A DNA stretch of 61,658 nt, filler included, from 6 parts of 6 records of this genome joined end to end with filler, not necessarily neighbours in it, one strand, 5' to 3'; counted from the first letter of the whole stretch, positions 1 through 9,240 are shown. Made by a program: numbers and translations. Notes: a model not told the origin generated them from the sequence alone.

Positions 1-103
1 TGGATGCCGGCGGCGCAGCGGCGGGCGCACCAGCCGTCGAGCGCAGCGAGCGGGGCGCAGGGCGCCGAATACAGTTCCATCAACCATCTTCGCCAGGTAA
101 TTT

Positions 104-136
104 TTTGGTGAGTGAGCGCACAGTAAAGTACCTTTG
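104..136 (+). promoter_or_regulatory. Bacteroidota-type housekeeping promoter (-33 TTTG / -7 TAnnTTTG)
   Basis: TTTG at 104-107, 21-nt spacer, TACCTTTG at 129-136, upstream of the ATG at 193. Confidence 0.6.
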
Positions 137-192
137 ACAAGGTGCTTCTAGAAAACGATTGACTCTGAATCCAAAAGACAGACGAAAAAATT

Positions 193-483
193 ATGCCTCA
201 ACTGACAATTATCGCAAATTTTACGGCCAAGGCAGGTAAGGTCAGATTCGTGAAAGCTGAGCTTAAAAAGCTCGTAGAGTTAAGTCGCGCCGAGGATGGC
301 TGTAGCTGCTATGATTTACATCAGGACAATCAGAATCCGGAACATTTCCTGATCTATGAAATCTGGGATTCGCGGGAGGCGTGGCAGGCACATGTGGCGA
401 GTGCGCATTTGCTTGAGCATTTGAGGGTGACCAAAGACGCGTTTGAAGAAGCGTATGTGACCGAAATGACTCAGATAGTTTAG
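193..483 (+). CDS. Antibiotic biosynthesis monooxygenase (ABM) / putative quinol monooxygenase
   Basis: 96 aa with the family pattern SRAEDGC..YDLHQD..NP..F.IYE.W......H..S.H. Confidence 0.85.
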   Translation: MPQLTIIANFTAKAGKVRFVKAELKKLVELSRAEDGCSCYDLHQDNQNPEHFLIYEIWDSREAWQAHVASAHLLEHLRVTKDAFEEAYVTEMTQIV

Positions 484-490
484 GAGCAAG

Positions 491-518
491 AGCGGGAGTG
501 CTGGACACTACTCCCGCT
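491..518. terminator. Hairpin between convergent genes
   Basis: AGCGGGAGT (491-499) pairs with ACTCCCGCT (510-518); no clear U tract. Confidence 0.45.
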
Positions 519-584
519 GAATAGGGGCGACAAGATTAAGAATTATTTACCGGTACATGCAGCGCCGACGCTTCCGGGGGAATG

Positions 585-1082
585 TTAATTAACAGAATGA
601 AGCCCAAGACGATTGCCTTCAGAATCCAGAAACAAGGCGAAAAAGCCGCTTTCGTCCGCGTGTGCTGTTTTGGGAACCAGGATTTTTCCACCATTTGGCT
701 CAACCTTGTCCAACATAGGCTGCAGATTATCGCCGGCATTGAGATAATTCGTTATGCCTTCTGATGAGGGAGTATAATCCTCGCCCTGGACAATCACGGC
801 TGTGACCGCCTGATTTTGATAGGGCAGAATGCCCATTTGCATACCCGGAAAATCCATAGATTCAATCTTAACATCTAAAACTGCGCTATAGAACGATATG
901 GCGCGTGTAATATCTGTCGCTGGAATTTCAATGATGGCAACATAACTGTTCATGGCATCTACACCTTTGTTTGAGCTTGATTTGGTCGACTGTTGTTCTG
1001 ATCCAGAGGTGATGTTGGTCCCGAATGTTAAAAAAATCAGGACGAGCAGCACTGTGGAAACACCAGAAATAGAACTCTGCAT
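585..1082 (-). CDS. VOC/glyoxalase family protein with N-terminal hydrophobic segment
   Basis: IEIPA.D..RA..FY..V and GG.ILVPKT...G.FA.F.DSEGNR.GLHS motifs; alternative start at MNSYV. Confidence 0.85.
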   Translation of the reverse strand: MQSSISGVSTVLLVLIFLTFGTNITSGSEQQSTKSSSNKGVDAMNSYVAIIEIPATDITRAISFYSAVLDVKIESMDFPGMQMGILPYQNQAVTAVIVQGEDYTPSSEGITNYLNAGDNLQPMLDKVEPNGGKILVPKTAHADESGFFALFLDSEGNRLGLHSVN

Positions 1083-1160
1083 AGAGATTGTTGAGCGATT
1101 ATTGAGTATTGATTCGCAATTGGAATGACCGCCAAATTAGCTTATCGGCCTGGCCGGAAA

Positions 1161-1176
1161 TTGTAAAAATGCGACA
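1161..1176 (-). promoter_or_regulatory. Candidate AraC operator upstream of the VOC gene
   Basis: Imperfect palindrome TGTCGCATTTTTACAA (minus strand) between the AraC stop and the VOC start. Confidence 0.35.
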
Positions 1177-1184
1177 GGTGCGAA

Positions 1185-2000
1185 CTATTTGTAAAACAGC
1201 GCCGAGAGAGCCATGTTTTGATTGCCGATAAACTCTTTGGGGCTGACTCCGGTGAACTCATGAAAGTCTTTAATGAAGTGAGATTGATCGTAGTAGTCAT
1301 GTTCCACGGCAATTTCAGTGAGGTTCTTGTCTGGTGAATTGAGCAGCATTTTTAGCGCATTTTGCAGTCGTATGACTTTAGCCAGTTGTTTGGGATTGAT
1401 GCCAATTTGTTTGGCGAACTTGCGTTCGAGTTGCCGTCTTTTGGACGGGTCATCTTGCAGAATTCTACCGATTGAGGCTTGCCCTTTTGTTAATAGAAGC
1501 GTGTCGATTGTCGATTTAACAAGCGTATCGACTGTGGATTGCTCACGCAGCTTGCCGGTCAGGAAAGATTCGATAATCTCGATGCGCTGTTTGGTGTCTT
1601 GTGCATGAATGATGTCGGATTCGAGCTTGAGAGCGACTGCTTCTCCAAACAGTTCCTGGATTGGTGTTTCGCGGTTCGCGAGTTCTTTGATGGGGACTGT
1701 CACAAAATTAGCTAATCCATAGGGATAAAAACAGGTGGCAAAGGTATTGACGTAACCTGTCGGCTCAATGTAAAACGGCTCGATGGTTTGTCCGAGTACA
1801 AGAGCACGTGGCTGGAGGATGAATTCTTGTTCGGAGGTATAACGTTTGATGTCATCACCGAGGATAAAAGCCATTTCGATTAAACCATCGGGGACGATGC
1901 GCTGCCTCTGCGGCTCGGGGGACGCGGGCACTTCGAGGGTCCAGAAGTGTTTAACGACTGGTTTGAGGTCGGGCTGGGGTTCGTAGGTTTGGTAGAGCAT
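1185..2000 (-). CDS. AraC family transcriptional regulator (DUF6597-type N-terminus)
   Basis: N-terminal RIVPDG; C-terminal RQLER.F...IG..PK and YYDQSHFIKDF.EFTG.SP HTH. Confidence 0.9.
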   Translation of the reverse strand: MLYQTYEPQPDLKPVVKHFWTLEVPASPEPQRQRIVPDGLIEMAFILGDDIKRYTSEQEFILQPRALVLGQTIEPFYIEPTGYVNTFATCFYPYGLANFVTVPIKELANRETPIQELFGEAVALKLESDIIHAQDTKQRIEIIESFLTGKLREQSTVDTLVKSTIDTLLLTKGQASIGRILQDDPSKRRQLERKFAKQIGINPKQLAKVIRLQNALKMLLNSPDKNLTEIAVEHDYYDQSHFIKDFHEFTGVSPKEFIGNQNMALSALFYK

Positions 2001-2211
2001 GGGGGGGAGTGGGGAGAGGATTGGAACGTTAATGGTTGGGGCGTAAGCAGTGTGAGTTGCCGTTCACGCTACTACATTCTCTTGTGGGAGCCGTGTGACA
2101 ATTCTCGGCACCAGATGGTACCTCGCGTGCCGCAGAGTTTAGCCCAATGTTGCTCTGCATTCAACACTATGGTCAGCGTGCTACGCTGCCAGGGCCGCAT
2201 CAAGCGCGCAA

Positions 2212-2243
2212 GGGACCGCAGCCCAAAACGGTGCTGCGATCCC
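2212..2243 (-). terminator. Hairpin downstream of the T9SS-domain gene
   Basis: GGGACCGCAGC pairs with GCTGCGATCCC, about 30 nt past the stop at 2274. Confidence 0.4.
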
Positions 2244-2273
2244 ACGCAAAAATAATATTAAGCAAGTTTAATT

Positions 2274-3176
2274 TCAACGAATAATCGAAAGTGTACGCGT
2301 TAAATCCAATTCCTGGTTAACAAGGAGGCGAACAAAGTAGGTTCCACTGGCCAGCATTGAACTGTTGATTGGGATTGTATGTAAACCAGCTGCCCGCTCC
2401 CCAGCAGCAAGTATTTGAACTCGATGACCAAGTGAGTTAAACAGTCCGATATTGACGTCCGCATGTTGTTTGAGGGTAAAACTCAACTGCGCAACTTTGC
2501 CGGGCTGGATTGGCATCGGTTGAATAACTGGGAGACCGTCATCCCTGAAATGTTCAGCGACAGAGGTAGGTCTGTCGTCTACCAATTCAATGTTTGATTC
2601 GTCAATTGTCTCCAAGTCTTCAATGTGCTGATGGCCACCCGTGGGCTCAAGAGCTGAATTGCCTTCATCCGTTAGAATGCGAACGTTCTTGACGGCGTCG
2701 AGAAGGTCTGCATTACTTGTGCCGGCGTCAATACAGAGTTCAAACATCAGTTTGATTGGAATGTTGCTTTGTACCAGTTGATCCACTTCCGCAAAAAATC
2801 CAGACCAATCGCCCTGTGAAATCAGGTCGACTGCATCTGCAACAGCTGAATTTTCTGCGAAATCGAAAACATCTTCAATTGGCGGCACGATATTGGAGAG
2901 GGTCGAAGTGATGCTAAAATCCTTGACTTCGGTAATAACGACGCCATCACCAATGTCCAGGGCACATACGCAGATATTGTTGCCTGTGGCGCCAAATGTT
3001 GTGTAGTCGCAAATAGTCAGCCAGACCTCGGTGTCTGAGTGCCGTTCGATAATGACAGTTGGTTCAATTACTGGCGGGTCGGTACACGCTTCAAGTGTGT
3101 GCCAGACAGCACCAAGCAACAAAAAAGAGCAAGACAACAAGCAAGATCGGAGAACTTTTGTACCATGTTTGAACAT
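2274..3176 (-). CDS. Secreted protein with T9SS type A C-terminal sorting domain
   Basis: Signal peptide; C-terminus P.P...I.LFNSLG.RV...LASGTYFVRL...TRTLSIIR. Confidence 0.75.
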   Translation of the reverse strand: MFKHGTKVLRSCLLSCSFLLLGAVWHTLEACTDPPVIEPTVIIERHSDTEVWLTICDYTTFGATGNNICVCALDIGDGVVITEVKDFSITSTLSNIVPPIEDVFDFAENSAVADAVDLISQGDWSGFFAEVDQLVQSNIPIKLMFELCIDAGTSNADLLDAVKNVRILTDEGNSALEPTGGHQHIEDLETIDESNIELVDDRPTSVAEHFRDDGLPVIQPMPIQPGKVAQLSFTLKQHADVNIGLFNSLGHRVQILAAGERAAGLHTIPINSSMLASGTYFVRLLVNQELDLTRTLSIIR

Positions 3177-3516
3177 AGTTTCAATTCCTGGAAAGGTAAT
3201 ACAAGTTAGTAGTTACCGCAGGAGGAGTCTACGAGACGACAAGGGGCATTCTCCCTGTCCAGACCGGCATGTGATAGGGTCTCCAGAGCGATGAGATTCT
3301 GTTTCGGTTTTTACGTACGCTTTCAACGGTTGTTAGTGAGATTTCAACGGCATTCAGCGATAGGTGTCAAGAAAATGCACATTATTAACGTGACTTCAAA
3401 AATTAAAATCGAAAAATATTGAAGATTTGTAGAGTCATACTCGCTATGAATATTCGAAGATTATTGAGATCTCAGTGTTTTTAGAGCTGTGAAGTTTGGG
3501 AGGCAATTGGAATTGG

Positions 3517-3557
3517 ACTGAGCTCTTACTGAACTCTTACTAAACTCTTACTGAACT
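3517..3557. repeat. 11-bp tandem repeat, about 3.7 copies
   Basis: ACTGAGCTCTT ACTGAACTCTT ACTAAACTCTT ACTGAACT. Confidence 0.85.
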
Positions 3558-3767
3558 ATTGTGGCTGGAGCCGATCTCATTTGACGTAAGAACTCTCTAG
3601 GCCTACGAGCTCAAAATGTCGCAAATAATACGCTAAGTTGTCAGTTAATTGCTCTCATTTTTGGCAAGCAGTGAGCGAGCGTAGTAGTCTTATTTGAAAA
3701 TGATTATTCATCAAAAAACTGCTGCATTTAAGGGTGCTTTTTTCATCAGTGAATGTGAATTTATTGT

Positions 3768-4010
3768 TCACAGAGTGTGGGCATAAGATGCATTTATCGA
3801 AGTGTACCCAGGCGGGTTGGCCTGCAAAAAGAATTCGTGTTCGAAGGTATTACGTTTGATATCCTCAGCGAGGATAGAAGCCAATTCGATTGCACCGTCG
3901 GGGACGATACGTTGTCTTTGCGGCTCTGGTGAGGCGGGGACTTCGAGGGGCCAGTTGTGTTTGATGACTGGTTTGAGGTCGGGATGGGGGGCGTAGGTTT
4001 GGGAGTTCAT
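3768..4010 (-). pseudogene. Truncated, diverged duplicate of the AraC gene 5' end
   Basis: 3831-4010 aligns without gaps to 1821-2000 (offset 2010 bp; about 30 differences in 180 nt by hand count); homology ends after about 63 codons; no HTH. Confidence 0.8.
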
Positions 4011-4068
4011 GGGGGGATGGGGAAGCAATGTGCCACCCTGAAATTTCGCTACATTTTTGTAGTGAGAA

Positions 4069-5322
4069 TTATTCATGGCCGCCGCCGCGTTTAACATTAA
4101 AATCTGCCTGCCGATCCAAGGGAACTCTATTAATGTATATGACCACTAGTCTGCTACTCGGGTCGTTACAAGATTTGGCTTTGGGAGGCGAGCATGTTGT
4201 CACACTCATACTAGTTGGAAGTTGTACGGATGGAGATGATACAAGCCTCCTATCAGCACCGTCAGATTCAAAGACTCCAAATCCGTTGAGATCAAATCGA
4301 ATTCTGTTTTGAGCGAAGAATTTCTGATAGAGAGGATCAGAATTAATCAAGTCCTCGTGGATAGTCTTCGCAGTAAAATGTGCTCTCAGCTTGGAAAGTT
4401 GTCTATTGCCACATTGATCAGAGTCCTTTAGGCTTCCGCCACCCATCCGTTGCCCCGGCTCAATAGTTTCGCCTGCCAGATTGATTGTTGGGTCACATTC
4501 ATACTTGCCAGGCCAGAGACAGCAAGGATCGGTGTAACCGTGGATTGTAATGACAATTGCGCAGCAGGTGTCATGCTCCAGCGCTTTAGTCTGTGTTGCA
4601 ATTTTAGGATAGATTTGTGATTGAAATACGTCATCAATTACTGGTGCCAACTTACCATAATTACAGTCATCATCGTCAATAAACTTGGTTTCGCTTAGAC
4701 AGCCACTGCGTTTCTTCTCGCGAAATTCTTGATAGTTTTTGATAGTATTAGGCCACCAGTAACCCGTTATGAAATACGGAATGCCGGTTGTATCCCGTAA
4801 AACGACAGTCTGCTGGCTGTCTTGCGAGAGTGCAACTTCCAGATGAATTGTCGTGTCAATTCCTGTCAATTCTTGAATGCTTGGAGTCAAGACTGAGTGC
4901 TGTGCAGGGAAAACGTTTATTGCTGAATTTGGAGATGGTAGTTGATAAGAAACATTGTAGCTCGTTTCTGGGGCCAGCTCTATTACTTCTCCATAAGAAT
5001 ATGTCAGAAATTGTGTTTGACTCTCAATATTTATTTTTAACATTTTGCCCAGTGCATTCTGGGGTGAAGAGAAGTTGTAGCAGCATTCCGATGTCGATTG
5101 TGTCAACTTAACTGCCAAGCGAATTTTCGCAGATGCAAAGGTAGTTTGAGCTTCGGCATTCGAAGCTAGTCTATTTGCGTTTGACTGTAGAGTAATAGTT
5201 GGTGAGTTTTCTTGACTCAAAGAGTCCAGTAGTGATTTCTTTTTTTCTTGAACAGGCAAATCTGCCACCATATGCCCACCATCGTCATCTTTGTCACGAC
5301 CGTCACGACCGTCACGACCGTC
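4069..5322 (-). CDS. 5'-truncated Cys-rich protein with OmpA-like C-terminal domain
   Basis: Frame is open from the contig edge (DGRDGRDGRDKDDDGGHM...); ITIHGYTD...GNRQLSKLRA...GFG...SRLVVI resembles the OmpA-C pattern. Confidence 0.6.
   Translation of the reverse strand, partial: DGRDGRDGRDKDDDGGHMVADLPVQEKKKSLLDSLSQENSPTITLQSNANRLASNAEAQTTFASAKIRLAVKLTQSTSECCYNFSSPQNALGKMLKINIESQTQFLTYSYGEVIELAPETSYNVSYQLPSPNSAINVFPAQHSVLTPSIQELTGIDTTIHLEVALSQDSQQTVVLRDTTGIPYFITGYWWPNTIKNYQEFREKKRSGCLSETKFIDDDDCNYGKLAPVIDDVFQSQIYPKIATQTKALEHDTCCAIVITIHGYTDPCCLWPGKYECDPTINLAGETIEPGQRMGGGSLKDSDQCGNRQLSKLRAHFTAKTIHEDLINSDPLYQKFFAQNRIRFDLNGFGVFESDGADRRLVSSPSVQLPTSMSVTTCSPPKAKSCNDPSSRLVVIYINRVPLDRQADFNVKRGGGHE
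5293..5322. repeat. 9-bp tandem repeat GTCACGACC at the contig end
   Basis: 3.3 exact copies; encodes (Gly-Arg-Asp)n on the minus strand. Confidence 0.85.
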
Positions 5323-5422
5323 NNNNNNNNNNNNNNNNNNNNNNNNNNNNNNNNNNNNNNNNNNNNTTAATTAATTAANNNNNNNNNNNNNNNNNNNNNN
5401 NNNNNNNNNNNNNNNNNNNNNN
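5323..5422. other. Artificial contig spacer
   Basis: 44 N + TTAATTAATTAA (stops in all six frames) + 44 N. Confidence 0.98.
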
Positions 5423-6079
5423 GTGATTTTGGATCAGCCAGGCGCCGAGAAACTCATTGGCCAGGGCGACGCCTTGTTCCTTCCCCAAGGGGCTGCCAAA
5501 CCGCGACGAGTCCAGGGTGCTTGGGTATCCGAAGCGGAAGTCGCCACTGTGGTAGCCCATGTGAAAAAACAAGCGGACCCGGAATATCGCTCCGATGTGG
5601 CCGAAGCCGCGTCTGGCGGCCGGGTGATTGATGCTGATATCGGCGACGATCTCGATGTCTTACTCCAAGCCGCCGAGCTTGTGGTGGGAACACAGTTTGG
5701 CTCTACTTCGATGTTGCAGCGCAAGCTGCGCGTGGGTTTTGCCAAAGCGGGACGCTTGATGGATCTGTTGGAATCGCGTCAGATTGTCGGACCGTCCGAA
5801 GGGTCGAAAGCTCGCGAGGTCTTGGTTTCCCCTGATCAACTAGCCGGTGTCTTAGCCACGTTGCGCGGGGATACACCCGCGCCACCACCCGAAGCCAGCC
5901 CTCCCGCCGAGGATCAACTCACCCAGGAAATTCCTCGAGGAGTAGAGCCGGCACCCAAGCCAGCCATCGACCACTCTGTGCACGCGTCTGAGGATCCCAT
6001 TGACCGCATGACGGAGGGTTATCCTGAAGTCACCAGCGAGCCCGACGAGGACGCCTGGGGTCTGACCGATAGGGAGTAA
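5423..6079 (+). CDS. ftsK: DNA translocase FtsK, C-terminal part (5'-truncated)
   Basis: [19 protein letters not shown] and gamma domain [22 protein letters not shown]. Confidence 0.95.
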   Translation: MILDQPGAEKLIGQGDALFLPQGAAKPRRVQGAWVSEAEVATVVAHVKKQADPEYRSDVAEAASGGRVIDADIGDDLDVLLQAAELVVGTQFGSTSMLQRKLRVGFAKAGRLMDLLESRQIVGPSEGSKAREVLVSPDQLAGVLATLRGDTPAPPPEASPPAEDQLTQEIPRGVEPAPKPAIDHSVHASEDPIDRMTEGYPEVTSEPDEDAWGLTDRE

Positions 6080-6082
6080 CCA

Positions 6083-6727
6083 GTGGCCAGTAATGATGCG
6101 GGCGATACGCCAGCGACGCCCCCCAGCGGCTTTCGTGGTCGAGTCTTAGCTCCTGGCACGTCGCAGGTTAGCAACGGCAACATTGCCAATATCATCACGA
6201 TCGTTCGCATCGTGGTGGCACCGCTGTTTGTGTGGCTCGTTGTTGCTGACGGGGGAGACGACGGTGTGCTGCGCTGGGTGGCGGGAGCCTTATTTATCGC
6301 CGCTATCGCTACCGATGGATTAGATGGTGCTCTAGCGCGCAAACGCAACCTGGTAACGACGTCGGGAATTTTGTTGGATCCGATCGCGGACAAGGTTCTC
6401 ATCGGTGGAGCACTGGTCGCTCTTGCCCTGGTACAAGATCTGCCTTGGTGGGTAGTGGTCGTGATTTTGGTTCGAGAAATTGGCATTACCTTATTGAGAT
6501 TCTTGGTCTTAGCTAATCGGGTGATTCCCGCTTCTCGTGGAGGCAAGCTCAAAACCATCATTCAAGCCATCACCCTGTCATCGTGGCTTGTTCCGGCCTG
6601 GGTCATTCTGGGCGACTGGGTACTGGGCATGAACCTGGTGCTGATGGGCATCACCATCCTGGTGACGGTGCTGACCGGTCTTGAGTACCTGGTCACAGCG
6701 TTTCGGGCACCGGCGTTAGATGAGTGA
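6083..6727 (+). CDS. pgsA: CDP-diacylglycerol--glycerol-3-phosphate 3-phosphatidyltransferase
   Basis: DG.LAR...G..LDPIADK motif; actinobacterial ftsK-pgsA-cinA order. Confidence 0.9.
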   Translation: MASNDAGDTPATPPSGFRGRVLAPGTSQVSNGNIANIITIVRIVVAPLFVWLVVADGGDDGVLRWVAGALFIAAIATDGLDGALARKRNLVTTSGILLDPIADKVLIGGALVALALVQDLPWWVVVVILVREIGITLLRFLVLANRVIPASRGGKLKTIIQAITLSSWLVPAWVILGDWVLGMNLVLMGITILVTVLTGLEYLVTAFRAPALDE

Positions 6728-7205
6728 GGAAGCCAGCGCCGTCATTGCCCAGGCAGTAGCCAAGGGGATTTCCTTGGCCGTGGCCGAATCCCTCACCGGA
6801 GGAGCGGTGGCAGCAGATTTAGTGTCGATTCCTGGTGCTTCGGCAGTTTTTCGCGGCGGGATTGTGGCCTATGACCCGGTAATTAAGCATGATCTCTTGG
6901 AGGTGGATGCTGCTGCCCTGGCTTCAGGCGGTGCGGTCACGGCCCTGGTGGCTACCCAGATGGCAGAAGGGGTAGCTAAGCGCCTATCGTCTGATTTTGC
7001 GGTAGCAACCACGGGTGTTGCGGGCCCCGATCCCGAGCCGGTCTCAGGACAGAAACCTGGAACCGTGTTTATCGCTGTAGCCGGAACCGCATTAGGAACG
7101 TTGGTGCGAGAGTTGTCCCTCACGGGTGATCGCGCAGAAATTCGGGCGAAAGCGACCCGAGCCGCCCTCCAAGCATTAGCCGATGGTATTGCCATTGATG
7201 ACTAA
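6720..7205 (+). CDS. cinA: CinA family NMN deamidase (PncC-like)
   Basis: AVAESLTGG, PGAS.VF.GG.VAY and ATTGVAGP motifs. Confidence 0.9.
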   Translation: MSEEASAVIAQAVAKGISLAVAESLTGGAVAADLVSIPGASAVFRGGIVAYDPVIKHDLLEVDAAALASGGAVTALVATQMAEGVAKRLSSDFAVATTGVAGPDPEPVSGQKPGTVFIAVAGTALGTLVRELSLTGDRAEIRAKATRAALQALADGIAIDD

Positions 7206-7286
7206 GCGAGCTCGGGAATAAAAACCGAGGCAGCGTCGTTACATTCAGCACAACCACAGCATTTTCTCTGCTCACGTGGGGGTAGT

Positions 7287-7295
7287 TGTGGATAA
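7287..7295 (-). promoter_or_regulatory. Perfect DnaA box
   Basis: TGTGGATAA = reverse complement of TTATCCACA, intergenic. Confidence 0.4.
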
Positions 7296-7342
7296 GGTAA
7301 TAATCATCAGTTAGTAGTAACGACAGATAGAGGAGGTGCCCC

Positions 7343-7660
7343 ATGGTGTTAATGAGACACGAAATAGGCGATGTTCTTCGCGACTTCCGCCAGCAAAAGG
7401 GTGCCACGCTGCGCCAAATTTCGTCCCGCGCCAATGTTGCGCTGGGTTATTTGAGTGAAGTAGAGCGCGGACAAAAAGAGGCATCGAGTGAAATTCTTGC
7501 TTCTATCGCCGAGGCTCTCGATATGCCCCTGTCGGACATTCTTCACGAGGTAGGAGATCGGTTGTCGGTCTTCGAGCAGATGGGACCCAGTTCCACGGTT
7601 CCCGATACCTTGCCTGATGAATTGGTAGCCCAATTCGATTCTGACTTGGCGGTTCGCTAG
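7343..7660 (+). CDS. clgR: XRE-family HTH regulator, ClgR-like
   Basis: IGDVLR..R..KG.TLR...LGYLSEVERGQKEASSE.L; GAGGAGG RBS; conserved position after cinA. Confidence 0.8.
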   Translation: MVLMRHEIGDVLRDFRQQKGATLRQISSRANVALGYLSEVERGQKEASSEILASIAEALDMPLSDILHEVGDRLSVFEQMGPSSTVPDTLPDELVAQFDSDLAVR

Positions 7661-7669
7661 GTTCTTGGT

Positions 7670-7906
7670 GTGACCCGAAGCGAATTCTTTATCGCCGTAG
7701 ACGAAGAATTCGGAGCTAGCCAGGGCCGTTCTCTCTTGCGCGATCTGGTCATGGTTCAACTGGGTAACAAAAGCGCTAATGAAGCGCTTGCCCAGGGCGT
7801 TGCCCCGCGCGAGGTGTGGTTTGCGCTGTGCTCGGCTATGGATGTTCCCTCGGCCCGGTGGCACGGTGCCGGGCTTCCCGTGGCCCCCGGCGACACGCCA
7901 CGCTAA
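7670..7906 (+). CDS. DUF3046 family protein
   Basis: SEF..AV.EEFG...L.D.V...L...A.EAL..G..PREVW.ALC; typically precedes recA in Actinobacteria. Confidence 0.8.
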   Translation: MTRSEFFIAVDEEFGASQGRSLLRDLVMVQLGNKSANEALAQGVAPREVWFALCSAMDVPSARWHGAGLPVAPGDTPR

Positions 7907-7910
7907 TCAT

Positions 7911-7926
7911 TCGAATATTCGTTCGA
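7911..7926. promoter_or_regulatory. LexA SOS box upstream of recA
   Basis: TCGAAT-ATTC-GTTCGA, one mismatch from actinobacterial TCGAAC-N4-GTTCGA. Confidence 0.75.
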
Positions 7927-7998
7927 ATAGCGCTACGCTCGTCCACAGAGATGAGGTGAGTGGGTCTTTTCCACAGTGGCACCGATAACCCGAAGGGG

Positions 7999-8021
7999 TT
8001 GTCCCCGGTGCCACCTAGGCT
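7999..8021 (+). promoter_or_regulatory. RecA-independent (PafBC-type) DNA damage promoter
   Basis: TGTCCC-N10-TAGGCT matches the spacing of TGTCGG-N10-TAnnnT. Confidence 0.6.
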
Positions 8022-8133
8022 CAGCCCCGCTACCCGCATCCACCGCCTTGTCGAGAGACCCCAGGCCTTACGGGGCGTGGTGGAGGACGACAGCCGATAG
8101 GCAGCCGGAAACAACAAGAATGAGGAGACCGCA

Positions 8134-9240
8134 ATGAGTACATCTGCAGATAGAGAAAAGGCCCTAGAAGCTGCCTTAGCTCAAATTGACCGCCAGTTCG
8201 GAAAAGGGTCAGTCATGCGACTGGGATCTGATGAACGCGCTCCGGTCGCCGTAATTCCCACAGGATCGATTGCATTGGATGTTGCCCTGGGTATAGGGGG
8301 ACTGCCTCGCGGTCGCATTATTGAAATCTATGGTCCTGAATCTTCCGGTAAGACCACGGTCACGCTTCACGCCATTGCCAATGTGCAGGCGTCCGGTGGA
8401 ATCGCCGCCTTTATTGATGCCGAGCACGCTCTTGACCCCGAATACGCCAAGGCACTCGGTGTTGATATCGACCAGCTGCTGGTATCTCAGCCCGACACAG
8501 GTGAGCAGGCTCTCGAGATTGCTGACATGTTGGTCCGCTCGGGTTCTGTTGACTTAGTGGTCATCGACTCCGTAGCCGCCTTGGTGCCTCGTGCTGAAAT
8601 TGAGGGCGACATGGGTGATACCCACGTTGGTTTGCAAGCCCGCTTGATGTCTCAGGCGCTTCGTAAGCTCACCGGTGGGCTTAACCAAACGGGAACCACC
8701 ATGATTTTCATCAACCAGTTGCGCGAAAAGATTGGTGTCTTCTTCGGCAGCCCCGAGACCACCTCCGGTGGCAAGGCGCTCAAGTTCTACGCCTCGGTGC
8801 GTTTGGACATTCGCCGTATTGAAACCTTGAAAGAGGGCACCGATGCGGTGGGTAACCGCACCAGGGTCAAGGTCGTCAAGAACAAGATGGCTCCGCCCTT
8901 CAAGCAAGCGGAATTCGACATTCTCTACGGCCACGGTATTTCTCGCGAGGGAAGCTTGATTGACTTTGGAGTCGAGCACGACATCGTCAAGAAGTCCGGT
9001 GCGTGGTACACCTACGACAGCGATCAGCTGGGCCAGGGTAAAGAAAACGCACGGAAGTATCTTTTGGACAACCCAGATACCGCTGCCGACATTGAACGCA
9101 AGATTCTTGCCGCCCTCGGTGTGGGACAACTCGCAGCGGTACCCGCCGAGGAAGTAGCAGCGGAAACTACCGGTGAGGTCAGTGCTCCAGTGGAATCCCT
9201 GGAAGACAAGATCAATGAACGCAAAGTAGTGGGCGCCTAG
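8134..9240 (+). CDS. recA: Recombinase RecA
   Basis: GPESSGKTT Walker [17 protein letters not shown]; no intein. Confidence 0.99.
   Translation: MSTSADREKALEAALAQIDRQFGKGSVMRLGSDERAPVAVIPTGSIALDVALGIGGLPRGRIIEIYGPESSGKTTVTLHAIANVQASGGIAAFIDAEHALDPEYAKALGVDIDQLLVSQPDTGEQALEIADMLVRSGSVDLVVIDSVAALVPRAEIEGDMGDTHVGLQARLMSQALRKLTGGLNQTGTTMIFINQLREKIGVFFGSPETTSGGKALKFYASVRLDIRRIETLKEGTDAVGNRTRVKVVKNKMAPPFKQAEFDILYGHGISREGSLIDFGVEHDIVKKSGAWYTYDSDQLGQGKENARKYLLDNPDTAADIERKILAALGVGQLAAVPAEEVAAETTGEVSAPVESLEDKINERKVVGA

Noticed and set aside
1-80. GC-rich contig start, possible minus-strand gene start (MELYSAPC...) or repeat
   Set aside because: Too short to support any call
3517-3557. CRISPR array
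   Set aside because: Units are 11 bp and contiguous with no spacers; no cas genes are present in the window
1821-4010. Template/variable repeat pair of a diversity-generating retroelement
   Set aside because: Differences affect all four bases rather than adenines only, and there is no reverse transcriptase
5367-5378. TTAATTAATTAA palindrome repeated five times in the window
   Set aside because: Artificial six-frame stop linker inside N spacers
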